In this document: in pieces, positions 50,321 to 59,838 of the stretch
Position numbering within the stretch: position 1 is the first letter of the stretch
Layout of the letters: every line of letters starts with the position of its first letter
Assembly: GCF_901538355.1 (NCBI RefSeq)
Contig: NZ_LR593887.1
Location: forward strand, 1,152,920 to 1,216,919
DNA length: 64,000 nt
Direction: 5' to 3'
DNA from: Tuwongella immobilis
GTDB lineage: Bacteria > Planctomycetota > Planctomycetia > Gemmatales > Gemmataceae
Made by a program: the position numbers and the translations under genes
Notes under the pieces: model-generated
What the model was told of the DNA's origin: nothing
The model's database searches: none
What the model saw: only the letters and a program-made list of their open reading frames with translations

Positions 50321-51277
50321 TTACGGCAGCAATGGCCAACTGGTCGATTCCTGCGCGCCTGGTAAATGAATCAGCGATTGTCGATGCGAAAGGTGGGCCG
50401 GGAGCCGCAACAGGGCACGCAGTCGGCCCATGGCGAACGGCGCGAAGGTACCTTCTCGCCATCGGCGGAGTGATTTCCCCGCCAGGACTGCGAAATGCCA
50501 CGCCAGCGAACGTAACTTGTGATGGGGTGGCAAGTTACGCCAAAAGACTGCCTCTTCATTTTCGGATTGCTGTCGGAGCAACTTGGGCCGCATTCGCACC
50601 TGACCATACGACGAGCCACCCCAATGCAGCACCCGCGATTCGGGGCAATAGCGTACCGTAAAGCCTGCCCAATGCAGACGATACGCCAAATCGACATCCT
50701 CAAAATACGCTGAGAACGATTCCGGGAATAATCCAGTCTGTTCCAGCGCTGTCCGACGATACCAAGCTGCCGCGCCACAAGCCCCGAAGACCGCCCGCGA
50801 TTGCAGCCACGCCTCGGTCAGCGGTTCGCCATGCCCCGATTTGATGGCATACCCGCCGCGGTGGTAGGCATCTCCGGCACTATCGATGCGATCTCCATTC
50901 GGCGTCGGATAATAGAGCAAAGATGCGACCGATCCGACGCGCAAATCCGAGAACGCTTCGAGTGGGGCGAGATGCCATTCTGGTTGAACTTTCGTATCAT
51001 CATTCAGGAGGTGGACAATTGGGGCAGAGGTGGCTTGGATTCCCCGATTGGCGGCGCGGCAAAATCCCAAGGGGCGATCATTTCGCAGAATCCGCACACC
51101 AGGGAATTGCGTAACCAGTTGCGAGACAATGGCTTGCGGCGATCCATCATCGACAACGAGTATCTCACAATCAGCGGGAGCATGCCGTGCGAGACTTTGC
51201 AGGCAGCGTTCGAGCAGATCGACGCGGCGGTGACTGGGGATCACTACCGCAAAGGCAGGCGAGTGATTAGCGATCAT
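50321..51277 (-). CDS. Family 2 glycosyltransferase
   Basis: 'FAVVIPSHRR', 'ILVVDDGS', 'RAANRG', 'LLNDD' are GT2 (GT-A) motifs. Confidence 0.75.
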   Translation of the reverse strand: MIANHSPAFAVVIPSHRRVDLLERCLQSLARHAPADCEILVVDDGSPQAIVSQLVTQFPGVRILRNDRPLGFCRAANRGIQATSAPIVHLLNDDTKVQPEWHLAPLEAFSDLRVGSVASLLYYPTPNGDRIDSAGDAYHRGGYAIKSGHGEPLTEAWLQSRAVFGACGAAAWYRRTALEQTGLFPESFSAYFEDVDLAYRLHWAGFTVRYCPESRVLHWGGSSYGQVRMRPKLLRQQSENEEAVFWRNLPPHHKLRSLAWHFAVLAGKSLRRWREGTFAPFAMGRLRALLRLPAHLSHRQSLIHLPGAQESTSWPLLP

Positions 51278-52319
51278 CGGCCAGCGCCGCCGTCTCCAAT
51301 TGTCGTGCGGCCCAACGAATATGGCGACGGGCTTCCTGCGGTTGCCCCTGCATCAATTCGCGTGCTAACATTCCGAGGCGTTGGTATGCTTCGGCGGCGT
51401 CGGGCTGCTGTTTGGTGCGGGCGAGGATGCCGCGATACCAGGCTTCGAGTCGGATGATGCGGCCCAGGAGATGCGTTTGCCATTTGCTCCAATGTTTTTC
51501 GGAATACGTGAGCAAGGCATGGCGGGTCATGAGTCGCAACGGCGGCGGTACGGCCCGGAGATGGAGCGGGGAAAAATGAACGGCTTCCAACGAGGGATCG
51601 TAGACGACCGACCAGCCGAGTTGCCGGGCGCGTTGGCAGAAATCGACATCTTCGTAATAGAGAAAATACGATTCGTCGAATCCGCCCAACTGTTCCAGGC
51701 AGGTGCGTCGAATCAGCAGGCAGCATCCGGTGAGCCAAGCCACTTCGCGCCGTTGGTTGCCATCCACAGGTTGGCATTTGCGTGTCTTGCGTGAGCGGCA
51801 CAATCCCAATAGTGTGCTGCGCAGTGTGGGGAATTGACCCGCAGAGGCTTGGAGCGACCCATCATCGTGTCGCAATCGGAAGCCGACGATCCCGACTTGC
51901 GGTGAGGATTGCTCCAGTGATTGCATGAGTTCCATGACGCGGTCGAGGAAGCCGGGTTCGACTCGCATGTCCGGATTGAGCAGCAGCACCCATTCGCCGC
52001 GACCCAATCGACACCCTTCGTTGACCGCGCGAGCAAATCCCCGATTGCGTCCGAATCGCCGCAACGAGACGCCGGACCAGCGTCGCATGCGTCGCATCCA
52101 CGCATGGGCGGGCGAATGATTGTCAACAATCACAACCTCGGCCCGATCCTGTTGCACGGATTGAGCTTGGCGAAGTTGCTGCGTGAGTTGTGCGGTGTTG
52201 GCCCACTGGCGAAAATTGACGATCACCACCGAGAGAGCGGGGGCATCGACTGCCAGCCGCGGACGGGGCATCGGAAGAATCGACGGAGTGGTTTCGAGTA
52301 CCGACGCGGGCAGGCCCAT
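51267..52319 (-). CDS. Family 2 glycosyltransferase
   Basis: 'LSVVIVNFRQW', 'VVIVDNHS', 'GFARAVNEG', 'LLLNPD', 'YYEDVDFCQRA'. Overlaps the downstream GT2 by 11 nt. Confidence 0.75.
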   Translation of the reverse strand: MGLPASVLETTPSILPMPRPRLAVDAPALSVVIVNFRQWANTAQLTQQLRQAQSVQQDRAEVVIVDNHSPAHAWMRRMRRWSGVSLRRFGRNRGFARAVNEGCRLGRGEWVLLLNPDMRVEPGFLDRVMELMQSLEQSSPQVGIVGFRLRHDDGSLQASAGQFPTLRSTLLGLCRSRKTRKCQPVDGNQRREVAWLTGCCLLIRRTCLEQLGGFDESYFLYYEDVDFCQRARQLGWSVVYDPSLEAVHFSPLHLRAVPPPLRLMTRHALLTYSEKHWSKWQTHLLGRIIRLEAWYRGILARTKQQPDAAEAYQRLGMLARELMQGQPQEARRHIRWAARQLETAALADDR

Positions 52320-52651
52320 GAGCGTTCCTTCCTTGGAACGACGGCATCCAGAATCAATTCCATCCAGAGTCTACCCCGAACCTCCAATTCCCCGCAAGCC
52401 AATTTTGCCGCACAAACCGTCCGACCCCGCGAAAGCACGTTCAACCACCGATCATCGACCAACCCACGAACCCCATGCTCTTATTTCGATCGATTTGTCG
52501 TCGCACCGCGTGTTTCGTTTCGATCAGTCATCTGTTAAGCGACTTTTTCGGTGCAATTGGATTGAGAGTGAGTTAGACTACTATATTATCGCTTGGTTTA
52601 TCTGTATTTTGCTTCGTTCAGTCGTTGTCAGTGGATTGAACACGAACGGAT

Positions 52652-53023
52652 GTGGACATCATGAGCGAATGGCGACAGAAGAGATCGGCCTCTCAGAACC
52701 GATGGATGATCCTCGCAAAGCTGTTCGGTGGGATTTTGTTGCTGCTCCTTATGTTTGTTCCGGTGCTGCGAGTGGTTCCGTTCCTTGGGGAGACCAACGC
52801 TCGATTTCCGATCGTGTCGCCTACCAATTCTCAAAACTCGCTCGAAGCGTCATCCCTGACTCCACGATCTTCTGAGCAAGCGGTTTCTGCGATCGAACAA
52901 GTTGCCCTGCTTCAAGGGGGACTTGTCCTGGCGCTTGGCCGGATTCCCGTCCTAACTACTGGACCAACAACGTCGAATTGCGAGGTACAGCGAAGTCATT
53001 TTCAGGCTACAGAAGAAGAGTAG
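52652..53023 (+). CDS. Small hypothetical membrane protein
   Basis: 123-aa ORF with one TM helix (LFGGILLLLLMFVPVL). In the AT-richer block. Confidence 0.3.
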   Translation: MDIMSEWRQKRSASQNRWMILAKLFGGILLLLLMFVPVLRVVPFLGETNARFPIVSPTNSQNSLEASSLTPRSSEQAVSAIEQVALLQGGLVLALGRIPVLTTGPTTSNCEVQRSHFQATEEE

Positions 53024-53147
53024 CCCTGCAAATCGATATTGTTGATCCATCAGCAATGAGACGGTGAGAGGAAATGTAAAGACATATCATTTGGCGAATT
53101 TCCGAGGAGTCGGAATTGAATGGGGCCATTTGGAATAGGTATCAGAT

Positions 53148-53786
53148 ATGTCCGCTTCGATCGAACTGTGTTTTATAACCCCAGATTCAATCTTAAATTT
53201 TGAACAGGGAATCTTAAAGTTGAATGGTTTTGTTTCAGTCTTCAAGAAGGATTGCTATCTATTGGGACCTGACGAGTTCGGTATTTGGGACATTACTGGG
53301 TTACCAACAAATTTTGATGAACCCGAGATGAACGGAATTCAAAAAGCATTGTCGAAATATCAATCGTTCAGTTTTCAGATAGAGTCCGTCCTTGGATATA
53401 GCCATGATTTTCTGATTGTTAGGGCCCCGACGTTTAATCATCTCAGTTGGTGCACCTCTCAGAAATGGCTTCAGATGCTTTTACCTTCTGAACTTAACCA
53501 ATTTTGGGAACTATGTGGAGAATTCGGTACTCATCTGAGAGCAGCATATTGTTTTATTTCGGTTAATTTTCCGATTCAGGGCGATTGGATTCAAAAAATC
53601 ATCAACAACTTGGCGATTCCAATTTCCATTCACTTCGAAGAAGGGGTCGCTTTAGTTCTTCATCATCCAGATTTGGGTGGCAAACCGATTCGTCATGAAT
53701 CATTGTTAGCCCCATCTTCTTCTGTTGGAGGCTATTTGATTCAATACTCAACGATTTGCCAATGGAGGGGCGGATCAATCCCATAG
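53148..53786 (+). CDS. Hypothetical protein (AT-richer block)
   Basis: 212-aa ORF. Lower-GC codon usage (many AAT/TTT/ATT codons). No motif recognised. Confidence 0.4.
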   Translation: MSASIELCFITPDSILNFEQGILKLNGFVSVFKKDCYLLGPDEFGIWDITGLPTNFDEPEMNGIQKALSKYQSFSFQIESVLGYSHDFLIVRAPTFNHLSWCTSQKWLQMLLPSELNQFWELCGEFGTHLRAAYCFISVNFPIQGDWIQKIINNLAIPISIHFEEGVALVLHHPDLGGKPIRHESLLAPSSSVGGYLIQYSTICQWRGGSIP

Positions 53787-54038
53787 ATAGTGGATCAACG
53801 ATGTCGAATTGCTGGCCAATTCTCTGTTTTTGCCTGGTATTCCTTGGCTATCCCCCGCAATTCGACGTTGTCGGCCCACTACTCTTCTGCTCCAGCCTGA
53901 AAATTACTTCGCAGTACCCCATCATTCGACGTTATCGGCCCAGTGGGACTGTGATTTCGATGAGCCGAACGTTGAACGGATTCAAGCGTCGAATGGAATC
54001 ATTTTACCAGAATCAACGAAAAGGAGGTTGAAAAACGG

Positions 54039-54569
54039 ATGTTGCCACGACACTTGGTGAATTGTCTTTCGCACAACGTAAATCGGCTTGACGATTTTCG
54101 ATTCGAGACGGATTTCATCTGTCGATGCGGTTCCACTCTTTTCCGTTGGTATACCGTTGGTAGATATGGTGAGTCTGACCCATTTCGTCGTCCATTGAGC
54201 ATCTTAATCGAGGGGAAACCTTGTTTTCGGATCGAAAATGAGTGCATCAAATGCAACCACCGCTGCCTCGTTTTTGACTCACAAATTCACGGATGGAATG
54301 GATTCATCTGTCGGAATGAACATCTGGCCAGAATCTCGCGGCCGACTCTGGACTTGTGGAAATGTACGGTGTGTTTTGCGGCGGGCCAATCGGCTCGAAT
54401 CGGGATTGCCTCTGAAGGAGAATCTGATTTTAACGAATTTCTACAGAGTTTCGGTGACAGGTTCAATCCCGATGATTGGGTGGATGCGTTTGGCTGGATT
54501 CACATCAGTCTTCGCTGCCCGGATTGCAAGACCGATATCCCAGGGTGGGTCGACTACGAGACTATGTAG
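54039..54569 (+). CDS. Cys-rich hypothetical protein (putative multi-zinc-ribbon)
   Basis: 176 aa with about 14 Cys arranged as CxC / CxxC pairs ('CRCGS', 'CIKCNHRC', 'CTVC', 'CPDC'). Confidence 0.4.
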   Translation: MLPRHLVNCLSHNVNRLDDFRFETDFICRCGSTLFRWYTVGRYGESDPFRRPLSILIEGKPCFRIENECIKCNHRCLVFDSQIHGWNGFICRNEHLARISRPTLDLWKCTVCFAAGQSARIGIASEGESDFNEFLQSFGDRFNPDDWVDAFGWIHISLRCPDCKTDIPGWVDYETM

Positions 54570-54760
54570 CGAGCATCAAAACAATTAGCACGCATATGAT
54601 CAGATTATCTCCAGAAATCGGATTCGGGCTGATTTTCGGGCAGTCAGCCATCGTACTCGGGAAGTCAATCGCTCGATGAGCGATGACTTTATTGGTGCAA
54701 TCTGATTGGGCGCGAGTTAGAATTCTAAATCAAATCGCTGATCAGATTTGGAGGTGAATG

Positions 54761-55585
54761 ATGACGGGCAAGCGACGATCTGGGTTGACGCTGGTCGAAG
54801 TCTTAGTAGCCATCGCTGTGGTTGTCGTGGGCATCGGCCTGTTGTTGCCCGTGTCCCGGAATGTCCGCGATGCATCCGGGCGGATGCAGTGTAGTAACCA
54901 CCTCGGTCAACTCCTTCTGGCAATGCACCAATACGAAGACACGCATCGCCAACCGGCAATCGAATCCGCGAATGTTCCTTCGTGGGCCGCACCGGTGGGA
55001 TTCCCGACGGGTTGTTTCGGCCCCGGCAGTCAACCCGAGGATCGCCTGAGCTGGATGGTGGCGATTCTGCCGTATTTGGAACAAGAATCGCTTTACCGTG
55101 CGATTGATCCGGAGGCGGGGTATTTCGGAAATTTCGCCACGGTCGAGGTGCCGATCCCGATTTTGCAATGTCGAAGCCGAGACCGTTCGCCTTCCGCAAA
55201 ACATGTGACCCATTATGTCGCCATGGCCGGACTCGGGGCAGATGCGGCGACTCACCCCGCCCGAACGCCGACCAACGGATGGATGGGATACGACCGGATC
55301 ACCACCCGGGAACTGATTTCGGATGGGACATCCAACACGATCGCCCTGGTTGAGACCGCTTCCGATCTTGGCCCCTGGGCGCGCGGTGGACAGTCGACGC
55401 TCCGTGGATATGTCGGAATCCCGGCATTATATCATCAGATTGGCCACGCATCGTTCGTTCACTCCAATGGACTGATTGTTGGAATGGGCGATGGCTCGAT
55501 CCGAACCATATCGCATGACATTGCCCCAGAACGACTTGCGGCGGCTATGACCATTGCCGGAGATGAACTGGTGTTTTTGGAGTAA
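54761..55585 (+). CDS. DUF1559 domain protein with prepilin-type leader
   Basis: 'GLTLVEVLVAIAVVVVGIGLLLPV...RMQCSNHLGQLLLAMHQYE', 'ILPYLEQ'. Stop overlaps the next ATG (TAATG). Confidence 0.8.
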   Translation: MTGKRRSGLTLVEVLVAIAVVVVGIGLLLPVSRNVRDASGRMQCSNHLGQLLLAMHQYEDTHRQPAIESANVPSWAAPVGFPTGCFGPGSQPEDRLSWMVAILPYLEQESLYRAIDPEAGYFGNFATVEVPIPILQCRSRDRSPSAKHVTHYVAMAGLGADAATHPARTPTNGWMGYDRITTRELISDGTSNTIALVETASDLGPWARGGQSTLRGYVGIPALYHQIGHASFVHSNGLIVGMGDGSIRTISHDIAPERLAAAMTIAGDELVFLE

Positions 55586-56241
55586 TGCGCATCATGTCCC
55601 GCATGAGCCTCAACGGGTTGCTTCGCATGCTCACCGTTTTGGTGATTCTGCGGGTTCTTGTGCTGACACTCACAAACTACCCGGATTATTTTCCAGCGAA
55701 CTTTGACTCGTTATTTTTACAGGGGCGTGAGCAAACTTTTTTCGGATGGTATGCGGTTGCCTTTTATCTTCACATTATCACGGCACCGCTGGTTCTGGTG
55801 TCGGGATTAATCCTGCTCAGCGAACAGGTGCTTCGCCGGGCGAGGCGATTGCATCGATTGTTGGGCTGGGCACATGCGGCGGTTCTGTTGGCATTGATGC
55901 TGCCCAGCGCGGCGGTAATGTCACGTCACGCCTTCAGCGGCTGGATGGCGGGCATCAGCTTCATGCTTCTGTCCGTGCTGACGGCGCTCTGCACGATCCT
56001 GGGAATCATTCGAGCGTCTCAGCGACAGTACGCGGCCCATCGTCGTTGGATGCTTCGATCGTATGTCCTGATTTGTTCAGCGGTTACGCTTCGACTCATC
56101 TCAGGAACCATGAGCCTATTTGACGGTTTCTCTCCGGAGCTGGCGTACCAGATTGCCGCCTGGTCCAGTTGGCTAATCCCCTTGAGCCTGCTGGTTGCGA
56201 CCGAACGCTGGCACGGAATGCGGCGATCGCTCCTTCCATAA
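55585..56241 (+). CDS. Hypothetical polytopic membrane protein
   Basis: 5-6 TM helices. Translationally coupled to the DUF1559 gene. Confidence 0.5.
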   Translation: MRIMSRMSLNGLLRMLTVLVILRVLVLTLTNYPDYFPANFDSLFLQGREQTFFGWYAVAFYLHIITAPLVLVSGLILLSEQVLRRARRLHRLLGWAHAAVLLALMLPSAAVMSRHAFSGWMAGISFMLLSVLTALCTILGIIRASQRQYAAHRRWMLRSYVLICSAVTLRLISGTMSLFDGFSPELAYQIAAWSSWLIPLSLLVATERWHGMRRSLLP

Positions 56242-56481
56242 GTCAGCGGTGCGACAGCAATACACCGCATTCGCATCGCAGGAGTTGGGCAAGAACCCAT
56301 CATCCGCCAAATCGAGGGGGAAAATATCGAGGCCACCAAGGAATCGCTTTTCAAAGCGATCGAGAGTTTCTACAACCAATAACGCTGACAGATATCACTG
56401 TTTACCGGAGTCCAGCGGAATTTGAAGCGGCACAATGCTCTAAACCCGACGTCCAGTTTCCGGTTGGAATAAAAATCTAAC

Positions 56482-57663
56482 ATGGCAATGAACGAACGAG
56501 ACGACGAAAAGGCGATCGCGACGGGATTCTTGCCCAAAGAAGTCACTGCGCTCATTCACCACATCGAGTTGAACAAAGACGGCTGGTGGGACAAAGCTAC
56601 TCAACGCTTGGTTCTTGCAGCCATTTGGCTCGCCGGAGAGCCGACTAATGCAGAACAGATTTCTTCGACGCTTGGAACGGAATTTCGTTTACACCTGAGT
56701 CCTCCAAAACTGAGATCTTTGCTCTCAACGCTGGAAGTTCAGAACTTCTTGGTGAAGATTCCAGGCGATCTTTACCGTATCCCTGACGCCAAGCGATCAG
56801 AGTTTGAGCGGGAAGTCAAAGCCTCGGAGGGCGCAGAGGAGCGAGCAAAAGATTACTTTGCGCGGCTCATTCAAGAACAGAACCTAACGCTTGACGTCGC
56901 CGCCGCCTGGAAGACATTTTCAGATACGTTCCTTGCGCCTTTGATCAAAGAAGTCGGAGCTAACGCTTACCGACTTGTAACTGGTCAGACCACGCTCGAT
57001 GGAAAAGACCTCGTTGATCGTTTCTTGGAAGTCTTCCCGAAGGAGCAGCGAGACCGGCTTAGCGAGGTTGCAAAGCGGTTTCTGAATCCCAAAGTTGAGG
57101 ATTCTCGGCAGTACATCAGCCGACTTCTTCACGCCAGGCTTTGCGTCGAGGCGAGCGGCCTGCCCGAAGATGTTATCAAGAAACTGAAGGATACCGCTAG
57201 CAAACCCATTCGTTTCCGCGTGTTCGTCGATACCAACTTTCTTTTCTCATTAATGGATTTGCATGAGAATCCGTCGAATGACACGGCCAAGGAACTGCAG
57301 GAACTGATTGCCCACTTAAAGGTAAACCTCAAGATTGATCTTTACATTACGCTTAAGACCATAGAAGAAGCAAAATCTGCGATCCTCGCCGCCAAGTTAC
57401 AGCTTTATGGCTTCCCGGTGGCCAGCAATCTAACCTCAGTCGCCATGCAAGCAGGGCTTTCTGGGATGGCCAAAAAGTTCCTGAACGAACGATCCAAGAA
57501 TGGTAGATTCATCACGGCGGACGAATGGTTTCGGCCGTATCTCGAAAACTTCGGTTCGATCGCCAAGGGTAAAGGGATCGAAATATTTAACGAAAGCCAG
57601 GACCAATATCCCAGCCGTCAAGATGTCATTCGATATGGTCTTGTGGCATTACGTGCGAGATAA
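56482..57663 (+). CDS. Hypothetical protein with N-terminal wHTH-like region and C-terminal PIN-like domain
   Basis: 'ISSTLGTEFRLHLSPPKLRSLLSTLEVQNFLVKIPGDLYRIP' looks like an HTH plus wing. 'IRFRVFVDTNFLFSLMDL' is a PIN-type beta1 motif at about residue 235. AT-richer composition. Confidence 0.55.
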   Translation: MAMNERDDEKAIATGFLPKEVTALIHHIELNKDGWWDKATQRLVLAAIWLAGEPTNAEQISSTLGTEFRLHLSPPKLRSLLSTLEVQNFLVKIPGDLYRIPDAKRSEFEREVKASEGAEERAKDYFARLIQEQNLTLDVAAAWKTFSDTFLAPLIKEVGANAYRLVTGQTTLDGKDLVDRFLEVFPKEQRDRLSEVAKRFLNPKVEDSRQYISRLLHARLCVEASGLPEDVIKKLKDTASKPIRFRVFVDTNFLFSLMDLHENPSNDTAKELQELIAHLKVNLKIDLYITLKTIEEAKSAILAAKLQLYGFPVASNLTSVAMQAGLSGMAKKFLNERSKNGRFITADEWFRPYLENFGSIAKGKGIEIFNESQDQYPSRQDVIRYGLVALRAR

Positions 57664-58699
57664 ACGCCCCTCCTACGTCGAGTCGCCTGTCGACGCGCGA
57701 GACTGGATTCTCACTGTTGACTTCCGCTTCATTGGGTTCGATCAGCACAAGCAGCGCATCCTGAATTCACATGTTCCGCTTTGCCTGCATCCGACCGCAT
57801 TGGTTCAGCTTCTTCAATTCTGGGTTCCAAGAACAAAGGAGTTCGAAGAGGCAATGCTGGGTAGTCTCCGCCTGCCATTACTATTCCAGGAGTTCGACGC
57901 CGAGGCAGAGCGCACGACGTTGAAGATCCTGGCAGGCCTTGGCCGATTCGAAGGAAGTGCCGATCTGTCCGAAATCACAATCACGAACGTGCTTGCGAAC
58001 GATGGATTGCGTGCTCGCCTTGCCAGCAATCATACTGGCGAGGAGGAAATTACGATGATTCGCGATGCGTTACTTGAAGAGACGAACAGGCGTTTCGAAG
58101 AAGAGAAGCAACAGGCAAAGAGGCTAGAGACTGAGCTACGAAACCGCGAAGCATCGATCTTGAGCCTCGACACAGAAAAGAAATCCAAGGAAGACGAAAT
58201 AGCGAGACTTCAGGCCGAAATCGCAGAGCAGAAGGCTCTTGTTGAGGCAACTGGCTCAGAGAATCAGTCTCAGGCAGAGATTATCGCCGCAATGACCGCT
58301 AAACAAGAAGCAACTGCTGCATTGGTGCGATACATTGGTTGGTTGGTCTTTTTGATTGTAGTAGCAGGCTTCACTGGATGGACTTCAGTTTTGCTCTTCC
58401 CGGTGCTCTCGCGAGTGATCAGTCAGCAATGGGTCTTTGTGCTTTCCGCTTTAATTGCGTTTATTGTAGGGCATCTAGCCATTGAGTATAAATACCGCAA
58501 TACAAGTGTAATGAAGGCACTTTGGCTATTCGTACAAGTTCAAAGATTTCGTGCTTGGTTATGGAGCTTTGTCTTCCTCAGCTTTATTGTTGGGGTCATC
58601 GGAAATCTTGTTGCTAACAACGTTCAGACGAGCCTTGATGATCAGTCGCAGCCTCCCGGTACGGTACTGACACCCGCACCTGATGCGACCGCAAATTGA
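57623..58699 (+). CDS. Hypothetical coiled-coil protein with four C-terminal TM helices
   Basis: Overlaps the previous ORF by 41 nt in the +1 frame. Coiled coil 'EEEKQQAKRLETELRNREASILSLDTEKKSKEDEIARLQAEIAEQKALVEA'. TM helices 'LVFLIVVAGFTGWTSVLLF', 'VFVLSALIAFIVGHLAI', 'WSFVFLSFIVGVIGNLVA'. Confidence 0.45.
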   Translation: MSFDMVLWHYVRDKRPSYVESPVDARDWILTVDFRFIGFDQHKQRILNSHVPLCLHPTALVQLLQFWVPRTKEFEEAMLGSLRLPLLFQEFDAEAERTTLKILAGLGRFEGSADLSEITITNVLANDGLRARLASNHTGEEEITMIRDALLEETNRRFEEEKQQAKRLETELRNREASILSLDTEKKSKEDEIARLQAEIAEQKALVEATGSENQSQAEIIAAMTAKQEATAALVRYIGWLVFLIVVAGFTGWTSVLLFPVLSRVISQQWVFVLSALIAFIVGHLAIEYKYRNTSVMKALWLFVQVQRFRAWLWSFVFLSFIVGVIGNLVANNVQTSLDDQSQPPGTVLTPAPDATAN

Positions 58700-58964
58700 A
58701 AAATAAATTGGCTAATTGGCCCCTGATTAGACTGACGCTGGGTGAAGCGTAAACACCTCCAACCGGAGCAGACTCAGGGTGATATTTAATAGATGTACAG
58801 TTGCTAATTTTGACTTTAATGTTTTTGATCGCTGAGGAGAATTTATCCGTTGTTGAGGTAGATCGTTTCGTGGCAAATCCGGCGGTGGTTCGTTAGGCGG
58901 CAGTGGCAGCTTCGTGGTTCCGCGGTGGTCTGGCTCACTCTCGGTTCTCGATAATGCGGTGTAG

Positions 58965-59690
58965 GTGGGACAAATGACTGAAGCAGAGTGGTTGGGGGCT
59001 CCCCACCTGTACACCCTGATTCGATTGATTGAAGAAAAGGCGAGTGAGCGTCGCCGTCGTCTCCTCGCATGTGCATGCTGCCGACGAACTTGGAATCTGT
59101 TACCAGACGATTTCATTCGTGACATCCTTGAGTTGGCAGAACAATACGCAGACGGCATGGTAACATCAGGTCATCTCCGTTCGGTTCAAAATGAACCGTA
59201 TTTTGACGATTTGCAAAACCAGTTGCGTGGGAGGGCTCAGGTCAAACCGCAACAATCGCTTCGGACATTATATGCGATTTCAGCGATACGAGATTTGACG
59301 TCTTTAAGCGTAAATCTCGTCAATATTATCTTAGACACGTCTCGTAACCCTAGAGATGATTATATTCCCACACCGATTCATAACGAAACCACCGGTGGTG
59401 GGAGTATTGGGTACGATCCGAATGAATTGGATTTAAAAATCAGACTTCTCCACGACATTTTTGGCCCCAGACTCGATAGTTTGCCATTTGTCTCGACTTG
59501 GAGGACATCCGCTGCATTCGTTCTCGCTCACCAAATGTACCAGTCGCGTGACTTTTCATCGATGCCGATGCTCGCTGACGCTCTCGAAGTCGCAGGATGC
59601 GACAATCAGGAAATTCTGCGGCATTGCCGTGAGCCGGGCATTCACGTTCGAGGCTGTTGGGTAGTCGACTTGGTGTTGGGCAACGAATAG
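58965..59690 (+). CDS. Conserved hypothetical protein with N-terminal CxCC motif
   Basis: 'MTEAEWLGAPHLYTLIRLIEEKASERRRRLLACACCRRTWNLLPDDFIRDILELAEQYADG'. C-terminus '...HCREPGIHVRGCWVVDLVLGNE'. Pattern looks like a paralogous family known from Gemmata-type genomes, but the family name is not recalled. Confidence 0.45.
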   Translation: MGQMTEAEWLGAPHLYTLIRLIEEKASERRRRLLACACCRRTWNLLPDDFIRDILELAEQYADGMVTSGHLRSVQNEPYFDDLQNQLRGRAQVKPQQSLRTLYAISAIRDLTSLSVNLVNIILDTSRNPRDDYIPTPIHNETTGGGSIGYDPNELDLKIRLLHDIFGPRLDSLPFVSTWRTSAAFVLAHQMYQSRDFSSMPMLADALEVAGCDNQEILRHCREPGIHVRGCWVVDLVLGNE

Positions 59691-59838
59691 GGTTGCAGCG
59701 ACAACAAATACCGCATCGCCGAAATGCTGCAGCCCGGCGACTTGGTTTACTCGCGCGATGAGCACGATCCGCACGCTCCGGTTGAGCGGTGCGGCGGTGT
59801 TGGGGCGCTCGTCGGAGGGCGGCGGTGCGGTGTGGAAC

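Noticed and set aside
50254-50661. 135-aa plus-strand ORF
   Set aside because: Begins inside the clpC terminator hairpin and runs antisense into the GT2 gene.
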